This document shows positions 1-11,707 of a stretch of 64,000 nt of DNA, in pieces. The notes under the pieces were generated by a model. It made no database searches, was not told the origin of the DNA, and saw only the letters and a program-made list of their open reading frames with translations. A program made the position numbers and the translations under genes. Position 1 is the first letter of the stretch; the number at the start of each line of letters is the position of its first letter. The stretch spans positions 352,001-416,000 of the forward strand of contig CAWFAK010000007.1 of the NCBI GenBank assembly GCA_963813715.1. The letters are read 5' to 3'. This DNA comes from an uncultured Planctomycetaceae bacterium. GTDB lineage: Bacteria; Planctomycetota; Planctomycetia; Planctomycetales; Planctomycetaceae.

Positions 1-209
1 TTTTGAGTGATTGGCTTCATGGCCACGGCAAGGCCGCGCTCTGCGAGGCAAAATTCTACGGACTGCACGACCGGAAGAATCCCGCAAATGCCGCGCTGAA
101 TGTGTATCGCGCCCCGGAATATCTCTGCGGCTCCTCTGCGACCGGCTACACGGACTACCCGACTCTTTCGCAAAGTGACCGGACTCAGGAGACGAGCAAC
201 GTCCAGTAA
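1..209 (+). CDS. 3' end of a hypothetical protein (runs off the window edge)
   Basis: Open frame from the window start to TAA at 207-209, followed by a hairpin; no recognisable motif. Confidence 0.45.
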   Translation, partial: LSDWLHGHGKAALCEAKFYGLHDRKNPANAALNVYRAPEYLCGSSATGYTDYPTLSQSDRTQETSNVQ

Positions 210-216
210 CGCGGTG

Positions 217-241
217 CGATGCCCTTTTTTTTGGGGCATCG
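217..241. terminator. Hairpin between convergent genes (possible terminator)
   Basis: cgatgccc-ttttttttg-gggcatcg, an 8-bp inverted repeat between the + partial gene and the end of the Tad operon. Confidence 0.5.
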
Positions 242-333
242 ACTCCTGTTTCGAAACGGTGCCAATTCGACTCCCGGACACATCAGCGTTCCGCGTCTCG
301 GGACAGAAGACTAAGCGAGCGGATTTGCGTGCA

Positions 334-1101
334 TCAACGCGCGTTGGCGGGTTGCTCGTAGTGGGCGAGAAAAGCGCGCGGCTGCGGCAGGTCGTTCCGA
401 ATCGCCAGCGCCTGCTTGAATTCCGCTTCGGCCTCGGCCTGGCGCTGGTGGGCTGCCAGGATTACGCCGACGTTCGAGTGGGCGGCTGCCGGACCTAGGA
501 CTTTGGCGAACGCTTCATAACTCTCTCGAAACCGTTCCTGTTCGCCGAGTGCCAGCCCCAAATTCACCCAGGCGCGTTCGTGCTCCGGCGATTGGGCGAT
601 CGCTTTGCGGAATTCTTCCTCGGCCTGGCGCCACTCGCGGCGGCGGTAATAGAAATAGCCGAAGTCGTTGCGCAAGTCGGCGTCATGCGGCGCGAGCTCC
701 AGCGCCTTGCGATACTCCGTGAGGGCCCGCGTGTCATTGCCCTGCTGGTCGTAAAGCACGGCCAAAAAGCGACTGACTTGCTGGTCTCTTGGGTTCAGCT
801 GACGCGCCCGCTCGTAAAGCAGGATCGCTTCCTGGGCGTCGCCGTGCGCTTGCAGCTCTTTGGCCGTCGCCAGACAAGCCTCGGCCGCCTGCTTCGGCGG
901 CAGTGTATCGGCTGGCGGCGACGCGGCGCCGGTCGGTTCGCTCGGCGCGGGATCGGCGAGACTCGCGGACGAGAGGACAGGCGCGGCGCATCCGCTCAAA
1001 CCGCCGAGAACAATCAAGCCGGCCACGCAGAGGGCAATCGAGCATGGCTTGCCCTTCACGTTCGCCTTGTTTCGTGCTGAACCAATCACGTCAGTGCTCA
1101 A
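334..1101 (-). CDS. tadD: TPR lipoprotein, TadD-like pilotin
   Basis: Lipobox LSGC, several TPR repeats (ALELAPHDADLRNDFGYFYY, AWVNLGLAL); last gene of the Tad operon. Confidence 0.7.
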   Translation of the reverse strand: MSTDVIGSARNKANVKGKPCSIALCVAGLIVLGGLSGCAAPVLSSASLADPAPSEPTGAASPPADTLPPKQAAEACLATAKELQAHGDAQEAILLYERARQLNPRDQQVSRFLAVLYDQQGNDTRALTEYRKALELAPHDADLRNDFGYFYYRRREWRQAEEEFRKAIAQSPEHERAWVNLGLALGEQERFRESYEAFAKVLGPAAAHSNVGVILAAHQRQAEAEAEFKQALAIRNDLPQPRAFLAHYEQPANAR

Positions 1102-1149
1102 GATGAATGCTCAATCTGAAGGCTCAATCTGACAGTTCAACCTAACAGC

Positions 1150-1773
1150 TCAATACATTCCCATTCCGCCGCCGCCTCCGCCGACGCCTCCGCCCACACC
1201 GCCACCGAAGGATGTTCCCGCGCCAAAGCCGGCGCTGCTTGCTCCGTAGCCACCGCCACCACCGGGTGCGAGGCCTGGCGAGGCGGGTGAGCGATTGCCC
1301 AGACGGACAGCCTCAGTGCCTTGAAGGCCCTCGGCTTCGGAGTATCCCAGAATGACGCGTCGTTCGGGGTCGGGCGCTCCCAGCGTCGCGAGATCGGCGA
1401 TCACCCGCTGCTTCCGCAGTTCGTCCAGTTTCGTATCAGTCGATTTTTCGACGATGACTGGAAATGGCACGCCGCCCAACTGCTGCGCGATCGCGTCGAC
1501 GTGCCGACGACCATCGGGGCCTAAGTGATCGCCTCCCTCGAACCATTCATATTGGTAGATCACGAACTTGTCTTGTTCGGCACGAAGCTTCTGCGCGGTC
1601 TGCCATTGGCAGGAATAAGTGCCCGGCGGCTGCGGAATGGCCCCTGGTGGGATGTCCGCGCAGCGATCCGTTGGGCAGACCCATCCGGTTTCGTGGCATC
1701 CGGCCGCCAGCACGATTGCGAGCAGGATCGTCAGCCAAGCGGATGACTGCATCGTTGAGTGAAGATTTCGCAT
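1150..1773 (-). CDS. Tad-associated hypothetical lipoprotein with Gly-rich tail
   Basis: ATG at 1773 after GGGGAG; lipobox LAAGC; C-terminal poly-Gly ending GMGMY; lies between the secretin and TadD. Confidence 0.7.
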   Translation of the reverse strand: MRNLHSTMQSSAWLTILLAIVLAAGCHETGWVCPTDRCADIPPGAIPQPPGTYSCQWQTAQKLRAEQDKFVIYQYEWFEGGDHLGPDGRRHVDAIAQQLGGVPFPVIVEKSTDTKLDELRKQRVIADLATLGAPDPERRVILGYSEAEGLQGTEAVRLGNRSPASPGLAPGGGGGYGASSAGFGAGTSFGGGVGGGVGGGGGGMGMY

Positions 1774-1781
1774 GGCTCCCC

Positions 1782-3987
1782 CTATTGTCCGTTCCATTGG
1801 GGCGCCGACATCGCCGGCGACGGGTTCGACTGGGGGGCCATCACGGGCTGCGGCAACTGGGTGCGACCGGTCGTGGAGATTTCGTCGGGAACGGGAACCG
1901 GCTCGATGCCCGGCACCGGACCGCAGGCGCCGCCCTGCGGACAACAGTTAAACGTCTGGCCGTGAGCGCCGATGATGAAAATGTCGTCGCAATGTTCGTA
2001 GCGTTTCTGCCGCGCACAATCGGTGCGAACCGAACTGCGGTAGTCGTAGCTGCGGCGGCTCTCCAACCGATTGAGCAGGTAGAACTCGACGTCTCCTGGC
2101 TCGAACACGTCGGCGCCTGGGAGCTGCGGCGTCGCGCAGGTTTGTAGCGGATGGACCAATTCGGGCGTAACGAGAATCACGATTTCTTGCTCGCCATGAG
2201 ACGATTGGTTCTCGCCCGCGAGCGGCCCCAGTAAGGGCAAGTCGCCGAAGAACGGCACTCGGGCCGTCGTGGCGCCGAGCGTGGTCTGTGTCAGCCCGGC
2301 GACGGCGAACGTCTGTCCGCCGCGTAGCTCGACCGTCGTCTGGAATGTGCGAGAGTTGAGACCAGGAACGCTGGTCCCGGCCGTGCCGGAGCCCGCGCCG
2401 ATGGTGGCGCCCAATCCCGGGTTGAGCGTGCTCACCGTCGCCCCGACCTGCAGCCGCACTCGGTCGCGGTCGGTAATGAACGGAATGAATTGCATCTGCA
2501 CGCCGAAGGGAATGAAGGCGACGCCTTGTGACGTCGCGCCGAAGGCGACGGCCGCTGCCGGCACCGGGAACTCGCCGCCCGCCTGGAATTGGGCCCGTTG
2601 ACCGTTGAGGGCCACAACATTCTGCTCGGCCAGCGACCGGGCGAGATTGAGATTTCGCAGAGCTTGGATGGCCAGCGTGACTTTGCCGTTGTCGATGATG
2701 GCGGGCAGGTTGCCGCCGATCAGCTGGGCCGTCGTGCCCATTCCGGTCACGGTTGTGGGGATCAGGCCGCCGGTCGTGTTGGAGAAGACTGCCGTCCCGG
2801 CGGCATTGAGGACGCTGAAATCGAGCCCGATGCTGCGAGCCGCCGTGCGGCTGACCTCGGCGACCGTCACGCGAAGCATCACTTGCTGCTCGCCGGGAAC
2901 GCGGAGCAGGTTGACGACGTTCCGGTTCACATCCCGCAGCAGAAAATTCTCGAGACCTTGCTCCGGCAAGTTTCCGTTCAAGTCCGGCACGGCCGTCACG
3001 TTAATGTTGCCGACGGGAATCTCCGCCGCACTGCGTTCCCGCTCTTGCGATCGCGATCCGCCGGGAGCGTTGGCGGAAACGACGCGGAGGATGTTGGCCG
3101 CATCGACAATATCTTTTGCCTCACCGCTGACGACCAGCTTGTCGCCCAAGAGCGCGAGGTGAACGACGCTGTTGGGGAAGGCCTTGTTGATCTCCTTTTC
3201 GAGCGCCTTGTAGACGCGCGTCCAAGCGCTCCTTTTGCTCCGGATCGGGAATGACGCGCACGAGATAGCTCAGCACCCGCGTCTGCCCCGTGGCGGCATC
3301 GTTGAACCACAGATTCAACACGCTGCTGCCGACCTGGTGGCCGGTGATCGAAAGCTCGGTGGGCGTGATGATCGTGTCGGACACGATCCTCGGATCGGCA
3401 ATCTGGGTGCGCAGCGGTGCTTGCTTGAGCACCAGCACGCGGGGCCGTCCGACGACGAGGTCCAGCGTGTTTTCCGGATCGATCGTCCCGGCCACGAACT
3501 CTTTGAATCGGTCAAGCGTCGCGGCCGAAGGACGCGGCGTCGCGCCCGAGGCTCCCAGCAAAGGAAGTCGCACTTGGCTCGGGTCAAAGGCGCCGGGCTG
3601 TGTGGCAGCCCCCTCCGCCGCACCCGGCATTGAGGGATTGGGGAGGACCGAACCGGGCTGAGTGATCGTTGGAGGAACGGACGGCGCCGGCTGATTCGCG
3701 TCGAGCTGGCTCACCGCGGCGAAAGGCGCGGATTGCGAGGGCGCCGGGGGGATCGGCTGCGGCTGAAAGGGGAGCGGAGAGGCCGCCGCGCCACGCGTTG
3801 AACCGGGGACAGCGGCAATTGTCGAGTTTGCCCCGCTCGAAGACCCCCAACCTTGCTGGCCGAGGGTCGTCGACGAGCCCGCGAACGCGCCCCAAACCCC
3901 GACAAGCGTTGCCCCGAGCAGCGCGTGACGCAATGCCCCGGAGGCACGATGCGGGAAATCAATTGTTCGTCGAAGTAGGTTTCGCAC
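1782..3987 (-). CDS. cpaC: Flp pilus secretin CpaC/RcpA (one frameshift near 3220)
   Basis: N-part has the T2SS-T3SS_pil_N-like segment (LDLVVGRPRVL...RTQIADP...ELSITGHQVGSSVLNLW); C-part has the secretin domain (QQVMLRVTVAEVSR, FQAGGEFPVP, VPFFGDLPLLG, EIVILVTPELV). GTG start at 3987 is inferred. Confidence 0.85.
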
Positions 3988-4187
3988 CGAGACGCCTGAC
4001 CAAATGGACTTGGGGAAGTCCCCCCGATTTGGCACTTGAGCCAAACTGTTGCTGCGTCGTGCGCCCGCGCCTGCGCGGGACCGCCCGGGTTGGTCAGACC
4101 GATGCAAGTAGACAAAGTATCGACCGGATAAGCGGGCGAACTTTTGCCGGTTTTGATGACATTTCCGATTGCGTCGTGGCGCCGACT

Positions 4188-4581
4188 CTAAGCCAGGAAG
4201 CGCACCGACTTCGGAAGTGGCCGACCCGTCGGACTTCGCGCGAAGCTGTGTCCCCGGGTCGAATTGTGGGCCGGGCGCGGCCATTTCCAGCACCGCGTGC
4301 GTGCCTCGCGGCGCGACAACTGCCCGCCAGGGTCGAACCCCTCGACGGACGGCAAGCACGCCGCCACTCTTGTCCAGCATGGCGAGATCGAGGGGAAACC
4401 GCAGGAAGCACGTATGGATCGAACCGCACGGAACGAGCAGCAGGCCACTTCCGACTTCGGGGGCCCGCCGGAACTGCCAGCCGACGAACCGCGACCAAAA
4501 GCGGTCGGCGATGTCGCAGTTTGCGACAACCACTCGACCCGTCGCGGCGTCGACGAGTTGCCACTCGCCTCGCGCGGTCAC
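4188..4581 (-). CDS. DUF192 family protein (end uncertain; reads in frame into the secretin)
   Basis: ADRFWSRFVG...GLLLVPCGSIHTCFLRFPLDLAMLD...AVLE motif typical of DUF192; nearest stop (TAG 4190-4188) is in another frame. Confidence 0.7.
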
Positions 4582-5492
4582 AGCGAGCGCCGTATGCTGA
4601 ACTGATCAGCCAGCCGGAAGAGGTCGTAGAACGCGGGCCCGAGCGTGAACAGGATGATCCCCGGCAAGAAGCAGATCACCAGTGGAAACAAGAGCTTCAC
4701 GGGCAAGGCCATCGAGAATTCCAGCGCTTTCTCCCGTCGGCGTTGCCGCAGGTCTTCGGCCTGGCTGCGCAGCACATCCGCGATGCCGGAGCCGATTTGC
4801 TCAGCTTGAACGAGAGCCGAGACCAAAATCGTGACGGAAGTCACATCGAGCCGCCTGGCGATGCGACGCAGGCATTCGACGCGAGGCCGACCGGCGAGCA
4901 CTTCGGCTTGGAACGTGCGGAATTCCTGCACGAGCGCGCGGTCGGGCGGGTTCGACCCGAGAATTCGATCGAGAGCCGCGTCAAATCCCAGCCCGGCCTC
5001 GGCCAGCGTCGCCAACAACTCGAGCGTGACTGGCAGGTCGCGTTCGACCTGGAGGACGCGAAGGCGGCGGACTCGGCGCACGAAGACCATCGGAATAAAC
5101 GCCACGAACAGCATCGCCAGATACGGGGCGATCAAGACGACGGGGTGCGCCAAGTTCTCGAATCCGCCCGGAATTTCTGCAATCGCCCGGTCGGCGGTCG
5201 CGAGCAATCCGCTTGCCCACGCGAAATATCCGAGCGTCCCACCAATCCCGAAGGCCACGAGGGTCGCAGCCACGAATCCGGCAACGGCGCCGGCGCGGCG
5301 GAAACCCGCGAATGCTAACCATTTCGTCAGAAATCCAGGGGTTGCCCGGACCGCAGCCATCGGTGGAGCGTCACCGGCATCGGACTGAAACAGGCGTCGC
5401 TGCACCTGCTGGCGCGCCGCAAAGTGTCGCACCAAGAGCGCAATCAGCACCAGCGCCACGAGCCAGGCCAGCGTTAATCCGTAAGTCAACAC
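4578..5492 (-). CDS. tadC: TadC / T2SS F-family membrane platform protein
   Basis: DLPVTLELLATLAEAGLGFDAAL, ALVQAEQIGSGIADVLRSQAEDLR, PVKLLFPLVICFLPG; start inferred at GTG 5492. Confidence 0.88.
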   Translation of the reverse strand: MLTYGLTLAWLVALVLIALLVRHFAARQQVQRRLFQSDAGDAPPMAAVRATPGFLTKWLAFAGFRRAGAVAGFVAATLVAFGIGGTLGYFAWASGLLATADRAIAEIPGGFENLAHPVVLIAPYLAMLFVAFIPMVFVRRVRRLRVLQVERDLPVTLELLATLAEAGLGFDAALDRILGSNPPDRALVQEFRTFQAEVLAGRPRVECLRRIARRLDVTSVTILVSALVQAEQIGSGIADVLRSQAEDLRQRRREKALEFSMALPVKLLFPLVICFLPGIILFTLGPAFYDLFRLADQFSIRRSL

Positions 5493-5518
5493 CGTGACAC
5501 TTCCATCGTGTTCGCGTG

Positions 5519-6385
5519 TTAGATCTTGCTGCGGGTGATCGAGGCGGACCAGGCGATGCCGACCGCCTGCAGCAACACCGCGGCGGCCACGCACCAACTG
5601 CCAACCTCGGTGGATAAGAAACCGATCATTCGGGGCGGGTCGTTGCTCCACATCAAGAGCGCGATGAAATAGGTGATGCCCATCACCGCGAAAATCGACA
5701 CCCGGGCCTGCGTGCTCATTGCCCGCATCCGGCGCGAGAGCTCGATGCGGTCGCGGATTGTGCGGCCAACCGTGGCCAGCGTCGGAGCCAGACTGCCGCC
5801 GACCTCCCAATGCACCGACAGTGCCGAGCAGAAGAGCAAAAACGTCTCGAGCGGCACGCGCTCGGTCAGGCTACGGAAAACGGTCTGCGGGTCGTCGCCG
5901 AAATGGATCCGCCCCGTGACTTCGTCGAGCTGCTCGCGGAGTGGCGGCCGGGACTCTTGCACCGCGCTCTCCAGCGCTTTCGTCAATCCGGCTCCGGCGC
6001 GGAGCGCCCCGACCATCAAGTCAATCGCGTCGGCCAGCTGCACTTCGATTTTTTGGACACGGCGTTCGGCCAGCATCGCTTCAATCTGCCATCCTAAGAG
6101 GCCGACGACGAGCCCGGCCGTCGCGCTATAAACAGGCCTGAGTCCGACCGCGAGCCAGAGCCCGCCGGCCACTCCCGCACCGATAAGCCAGGGGATTTCG
6201 TAGTAGCGGCGCGAGAACGGACGCGCCTGACGCAGCTCGATCGCCTCACCGTCGGCTTCGCTGGCCGCGGCAAATGCCTGGTCGAGACGCCGCCGGGAAA
6301 TGTTCTGCCGCCGGGCGTCAAGCCAGAGGTAAAAGATCGCCGCGGCAGCGGCGAGGAAGATGAGTGTCGAAAATGCCTCAGCCAT
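5519..6385 (-). CDS. tadB: TadB / T2SS F-family membrane platform protein
   Basis: QLADAIDLMVGALRAGAGL, EVGGSLAPTLATVGRTIRDR; ATG at 6385 overlaps the ATPase stop. Confidence 0.88.
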   Translation of the reverse strand: MAEAFSTLIFLAAAAAIFYLWLDARRQNISRRRLDQAFAAASEADGEAIELRQARPFSRRYYEIPWLIGAGVAGGLWLAVGLRPVYSATAGLVVGLLGWQIEAMLAERRVQKIEVQLADAIDLMVGALRAGAGLTKALESAVQESRPPLREQLDEVTGRIHFGDDPQTVFRSLTERVPLETFLLFCSALSVHWEVGGSLAPTLATVGRTIRDRIELSRRMRAMSTQARVSIFAVMGITYFIALLMWSNDPPRMIGFLSTEVGSWCVAAAVLLQAVGIAWSASITRSKI

Positions 6386-7832
6386 CGGTTCGCACGCGCG
6401 GCTTTTGAAAGATTTCCAGGGGAACGGGAATGTCGCGCTCGCGCAGGTCCTCCACAAAACGGGGCAGGATGCCGGTCGCCACAAATTCCCCCGCGACGCT
6501 CTTGCCGCGGCGGCCCCGCCGCTCGAAGCGGAAGACGTCTTGCATCTGAGGCGTGGGCCCCTCCATGCCGGTGATTTCCGCGATCGTTTCGACGCGACGG
6601 ACGCCGTCCTCATAGCGTCGCACGTGCACGACGAGATTGAGCGCCGAGACAACCTGCTCGCGAATGGCCCTCGAGGGAAGGTCGAGTCCCGCCATCGAGA
6701 CCATGGTTTCCAAGCGGGCAAGTGCGTCACGCGGACTGTTGGAGTGAATCGTCGTCAAGCTGCCGTCGTGGCCGGTGTTCATCGCCTGCAGCATGTCGAG
6801 GGCTTCACCGCCGCGGACTTCGCCGACGATGATGCGGTCAGGGCGCATACGCAGGGCGTTGATCACCAAGTCGCGAGCCGTGATGCGGCCCCGGCCTTCG
6901 ACATTCGGAGGCCGCGTCTCCATCCGGACGACGTGTTCCTGATCGAGCATCAACTCGGCCGCGTCCTCGATGGTGACCACGCGCTCGTTGTTGGGCACCG
7001 CTTCAGCGACCGCGCCGAGGAATGTCGATTTCCCGGCCCCGGTGCCGCCCGAGATCAACAGGTTCTTGCGGAGCCGCACGGCAAATTGCAAACACGTCAA
7101 CATGTCCGGAGAAAACATCCCAAGCTGCATCAGGTCGTCGCAACGAAGCCGGCGCCGACCGAAGCGGCGAATCGAAAGCGTCGGGCCGTCGAGTGTCACG
7201 GGCGGAAGCGTGGCGTTCACGCGGCTTCCGTCGGCCAATCGCGCGTCGACCATCGGCGACGTTTCATCGATCCGCCGCCCGACTCGGGCCGCGATTCGCT
7301 GGATGATCCGCACGAGGTGATCGGTATCCCGAAAGCGGACTGCCGTTTGCTCGAGCTTACCGAACCGCTCGATGTAAACCTGGTCGTAGCGGTTGACGAG
7401 AATGTCGGTCACCGCTGGATCGGCCATCAACGGCGCGAGCGGTCCGACCCCGAGCGTCTCCTCCAAGAGGTCGTCGGCGAGTCCGCGGCGCTCGGCCTCA
7501 TTCAGTGGGACGTCTTCGGTCGCCAGCACGCGTTCGACGAACGCTCGGACCTCGGTCTCCAGGTCGGCTTCGCTCGCCCCCAGCAAGCCGCGCTCGTTGA
7601 TCTCATCCAGTAGGCGCTGGTGCAGCTCACCCTTGACCGAGAGGTGCTCCGCATAACCGGACCGTAAGGGGGGCGGCTCGGCGCGGACCGGCTCTCGAGC
7701 CGCGGTGGTCCCGGGGCGCTCGACCTTGATCCGCGACTTGGGGACGATATGCGTCGCGCGTGTTAACACAAGCCGCGACCGCACGCGAGCCTCGGTCTCG
7801 GTCGGTGCTGTCGGCTCTTCGTCAGGCGTCAT
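6378..7832 (-). CDS. cpaF: Tad pilus assembly ATPase CpaF/TadA
   Basis: Walker [48 protein letters not shown]. Confidence 0.95.
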   Translation of the reverse strand: MTPDEEPTAPTETEARVRSRLVLTRATHIVPKSRIKVERPGTTAAREPVRAEPPPLRSGYAEHLSVKGELHQRLLDEINERGLLGASEADLETEVRAFVERVLATEDVPLNEAERRGLADDLLEETLGVGPLAPLMADPAVTDILVNRYDQVYIERFGKLEQTAVRFRDTDHLVRIIQRIAARVGRRIDETSPMVDARLADGSRVNATLPPVTLDGPTLSIRRFGRRRLRCDDLMQLGMFSPDMLTCLQFAVRLRKNLLISGGTGAGKSTFLGAVAEAVPNNERVVTIEDAAELMLDQEHVVRMETRPPNVEGRGRITARDLVINALRMRPDRIIVGEVRGGEALDMLQAMNTGHDGSLTTIHSNSPRDALARLETMVSMAGLDLPSRAIREQVVSALNLVVHVRRYEDGVRRVETIAEITGMEGPTPQMQDVFRFERRGRRGKSVAGEFVATGILPRFVEDLRERDIPVPLEIFQKPRVRTDG

Positions 7833-7844
7833 ACGGAATTCCCA

Positions 7845-9054
7845 TCACGCGTGCGGCTCGGACTCGGCCGTGTCGCCGCGCGCCGCTTTGCCGTTAAGTT
7901 CCGGCGAAGTGATCGAGAGCACCTCGTCGACAATTTCATTCAGCCGGGTGGCGCAGCGCGAGAGGGCCCATCCTCGTCCGACATACGGACGACCGAGGTT
8001 CGCGGCCGCGATTAGCCCGCGGCTATAGGGCACAACATGGTCGACGTCGCGACCGAGCCTGAGGGCGACGTCGCTGGGCTTCAGGCAGCCGCTGTGCCGC
8101 ACGTAGCGGTTGATGACGATGCGTTGTCGGTTTCGCGGGAAGCCGACGGCATCGAGCAGCGTCAGGAGTTTCGCAATTCCCAGGAGGGTCGGCACTACGT
8201 TCTCCAGCACAACGTAGGCCTGATCGCACGAATCGACGACGGCCATCGCCACGCCGTCAAACATCGGGAAGGTGTCGACAATCACGTAGTCGTAGGCTCG
8301 CCGCGACAGAGTCAGCACGCGCGAGATCAGATCGTCATCGACCTCGGCCGCGACCATAGCGTCCGGAGGAGCGGCCAAGAGATGCAGCCCCGACGAATGG
8401 GGCGTGGCGAGTTGACGAATGAGCATCTCGTCGAGCCGATCCCGCTCGCGGGCCGCGTCTGTCAGGGTGAGCGCCGGTTCCAGGTCCAGCAGCGCCGCGC
8501 ATACCCCCATCTGCAGCGACGTGTCCACTAACAGCACCCGCTCCGGATAGCGACGTGCCAGCCCGAGCGCAGTGTTAACCGCCAGCGTCGACTTGCCGAC
8601 GCCTCCTTTGTTACTGATAAAAGTCACGACCTTGCCCCAACGAGCGGGTCCGCTCGCCGCTTGGCGCCGGAAGCGCTCGATCAGCTGTCCCAGATCAACC
8701 GCGGAAATCGGACGGCGCAGAAAATCCCGAACGCCCAACCGCAGGGCTTCGATCAACAGGGCGCTTTCCGAGACGTCGTGTCCGAATAGTTCGGGGCGAA
8801 ACGCGGCCGCCGCGAGTGTCTCGGGCGAGACGGCGGCGATATCGGTCACGACGGCCTTCAGTCGCGACGAGATCCGAACCCATTTCAAGAATCGCCAGTT
8901 GCGGCCGCCGGCTCCGCGCGAGCTCGACGGCTTGCCGCGCGTCGGTCGCGCGGAGCAGCACCAGCCCCTCGGCCTGCGACCCCAGCGCCGCCTCGCACTC
9001 CGAGGTCACCTGGGGATCGGTGCCGACGATCAGAATTTGGAAAGGGCCGGGCAT
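7845..9054 (-). CDS. cpaE: CpaE/TadZ: receiver-like domain plus MinD/ParA-type ATPase (frameshift near 8870)
   Basis: N-terminal receiver-like segment (ORF 8695-9054) continues into KGGVGKSTLAVN, YDYVIVD (ORF 7845-8888). Confidence 0.88.
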
Positions 9055-9060
9055 TGGACT

Positions 9061-10610
9061 TTAGGGCTCGAAGTTCGGACCGAGATAGTGATTGGCGAGT
9101 GCTGGGGACAACAGGGACGCGGTCAGACCGACGTTTTCGTCGAAGAGTTGCTGAATGGTCGCCTGCCCAGCCAGTTGCAGCGCCTGTGGCAGAGCGGCGC
9201 ACGAGCGACGCGGAGGCATTCTCCGCGGCAATCCGATCGGCGGGCGCATTCTGGACGGTGTTCCACGGGGCAGTCAGTGACAACTGGCCCGTCGTGTAGG
9301 TCCACTGCACGAAGCCAAAGCCCACGATCGTCCGGGGCGTCGTCCCGATCGTGTCGTAAATCGGCACGTAAACATATAAGGTCGGCGCGACGCTCAGGGA
9401 CGAATCGCTGCCCGCTCCCGTATAAGTCTGGCCAACTGTCGTGAGCTGGCTGAAATTGGCGCCGACGATGCCTGCTTCCGTCGCGTTTGTGTTTGCGGTT
9501 CCGATGGGCGGCGCGAGGTTCGAGGTAATGACACCGGTAGCCGGGTTGACCGTTGCGGTATCGGTCCCGTTACTTGCGTTCGTCGCGTTGTTGAGACTGG
9601 CCCAATAGGTCGCCGTCAGCCCAAAGGGGGCGACGCCGCGAATCCCGTTCGTCGAATCCACGGCCCCGACCGACAACACGTGGCCAATTGTCGTCGTGGG
9701 CGTGCTCCCCGCCTGCGGTCGCAAGGGAATCGTACCGGCCGCGGCGATTGCCGTCGCGCGAACGGTAATACCCGACTCGACCGTCAAGCCACCGGTGCTC
9801 GACGAGCGGGCGAGCATTGAACCTCGGCCGAAGAGGAAGGTGATGGCCGGTCCGTTCGATGCCGTGCCGGTCGACGCCATGAAATCCTCGTTCGAACGCC
9901 TTAGTCGAGCGAGAAATCCTGTCTGAGTCGCGCGTACCGGTCACAGAACCCGGAGTAAAATCGCGGCGCGAGTAGTCGCTGCTTTCGTCGGCGGTCGCCG
10001 TCGGCGCATCGTAGGACGCATTCCAACCGTAGGCGCCGGACACCAGGTCCCCGTTGGGCGTGTTCGTCGTGTTGGGCTGCAGCGTCGGCTTGTAAACCGG
10101 CGGCCCCTCGGACGGCAGAGTGATCATGCCGGACAACTGATCGCCCATTGTGTTGGTGACCGAGGCGACGGGACCCGCCCCAAATTTCTGCAAGTCGCCG
10201 TTGGCCGGATTGAGATCGTCGTCGAAAGTGACGCGACACCAGGTTGCTCGCGGCGAAGCGTCGTGCGCCGTCGATCCAGGTCTGCCACGCGGGATTGGTT
10301 GGGTCGTACGGCGTGTTGGGTTGGGGGCCAACCTGATTGGTGAGAGCCTGCGGCAGGTTGGGGGGGGTGGTCCCATTCGGTCGCCAGGCTGCCGGCAGGT
10401 CGTCCCGGAAGCGCAGTCCATCGCGAGCGGCGCTATCTGCCGCGGTCTGCATTTGCATTTGAGTCAGCCGCGCCACGCCCATGTCGGCGACGAGCCCCGC
10501 GATGGCAAACGCCGCGAAGAGAAAGAACGCGAAAAAGACGAGCACGTTGCCGCGTCGTGCGCGGCAGTGCGGACGACCGTCGGTTTAAGTCGGTTGGGTG
10601 TGGTCGGCAT
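9061..10610 (-). CDS. TadG-like Tad-domain pseudopilin/adhesin (four frameshifts near 10560, 10235, 9935, 9200)
   Basis: RRGNVLVFFAFFLFAAFAIAGLVADMG...QMQTAADSAA Tad motif, then a Thr/Gly/Asn-rich extracellular part spread over ORFs 9570-10421, 8885-9880 and 9061-9249. Confidence 0.75.
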
Positions 10611-10618
10611 CGCTGAGA

Positions 10619-11638
10619 TCACTGGCCTTTGGCTCCCGTCAGGTTGTCCCAAAGGGACCCGCCCGATTTTCGTGCGCTCTTAGCGAACGGCTGCACGGGC
10701 CTCGCCGCGGTGTGGCGAGAATAGTCGGGGAGCACGACTGATTCGCGCTTGTCGCCCGAGATCGCATCGATTGTGGCGATGTTCGCCAGCGGGTTGGATT
10801 CGACAGTTGCGATGCCCGGATCACCGGGCTGACCCGACCGCACCACGCAACTGATCGCGACGTCGGTGCTCAGCGCCTCTTGAATCGGCGCCACTTCTGC
10901 CGGATCGACAGCGATGACGACTTCCTCGACCGGCACCTTCTTGACAAACGATCCCTGACTGAGCGTGCGGGAGGTAATCGACTTGTCATGCTGAGTGAAT
11001 TCAATCAGGACGGCATTCTTGGCGAGCACCCGCACACGGGCCAGTTTTTCCATCTGGGCGATTTGCGTCTGCTGCATCAAGCCCTTCGACAGATTCCCGC
11101 TGCCCCTGGGCGCTTCGACGGGGACTGTGGCAGTCAGGTCGATGCGGTCTTGCTGCTCGAGGCCGGCGATGCCCTGAATCTTCGTGCGCTCGAGTGTCAA
11201 TGAGACCTTTCCCGGAGGAATCGCTCCGGACATGCCCGCCCGCGTCCCCTTCGGGAAGAAATCGCGCTCCGTGAAGAGGTATCGCGGGCCCTTGTCGTGG
11301 TTCAGCACGCGGCCGATCACCTCGTTCGTACTGAGCATGGCTTCCTTGGGGATTTCGCCCTCCGGGACCGGGACGAAGGCCCATTTCCCGGTTCTGGGAT
11401 CGATCAGATGGTCGCGCGTGATCTTCGTGTAAGCAGGGATCTTGGTCCAGCTGGCCAGAACCGGCACGTGACCCGGAGGAAGCTGGTCGCGATGAGAAAA
11501 CCAGGCTACGGGATCGACCTTTCCAAACGCCCAGAGCGTGCCCACGGTCCCTGCGGCAGCTAGCGGGACGAACAAACAGATCAACACGACGACAATCCAG
11601 CGCGAGGAACGCTGCGCGCGGGAGCGGGCGTAGGGCAT
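10619..11638 (-). CDS. cpaB: CpaB/RcpC (SAF domain) pilus assembly protein
   Basis: N-terminal TM, SAF-like IPAYTKITRDHL, AIPPGKVSLTL, GIAGLEQQDRIDL, VRVLAKNAVL. Confidence 0.75.
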   Translation of the reverse strand: MPYARSRAQRSSRWIVVVLICLFVPLAAAGTVGTLWAFGKVDPVAWFSHRDQLPPGHVPVLASWTKIPAYTKITRDHLIDPRTGKWAFVPVPEGEIPKEAMLSTNEVIGRVLNHDKGPRYLFTERDFFPKGTRAGMSGAIPPGKVSLTLERTKIQGIAGLEQQDRIDLTATVPVEAPRGSGNLSKGLMQQTQIAQMEKLARVRVLAKNAVLIEFTQHDKSITSRTLSQGSFVKKVPVEEVVIAVDPAEVAPIQEALSTDVAISCVVRSGQPGDPGIATVESNPLANIATIDAISGDKRESVVLPDYSRHTAARPVQPFAKSARKSGGSLWDNLTGAKGQ

Positions 11639-11707
11639 GGTTCACCTCTTACGACGTGATCGAGCAAAAGTGGATTTGATCAAGATGGGAATTCATTGTT
11701 TGGCGCG

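Noticed and set aside
3669..5318. 549-aa + strand ORF
   Set aside because: Antisense to tadC, DUF192 and the secretin; Arg/Pro-rich, no motif.
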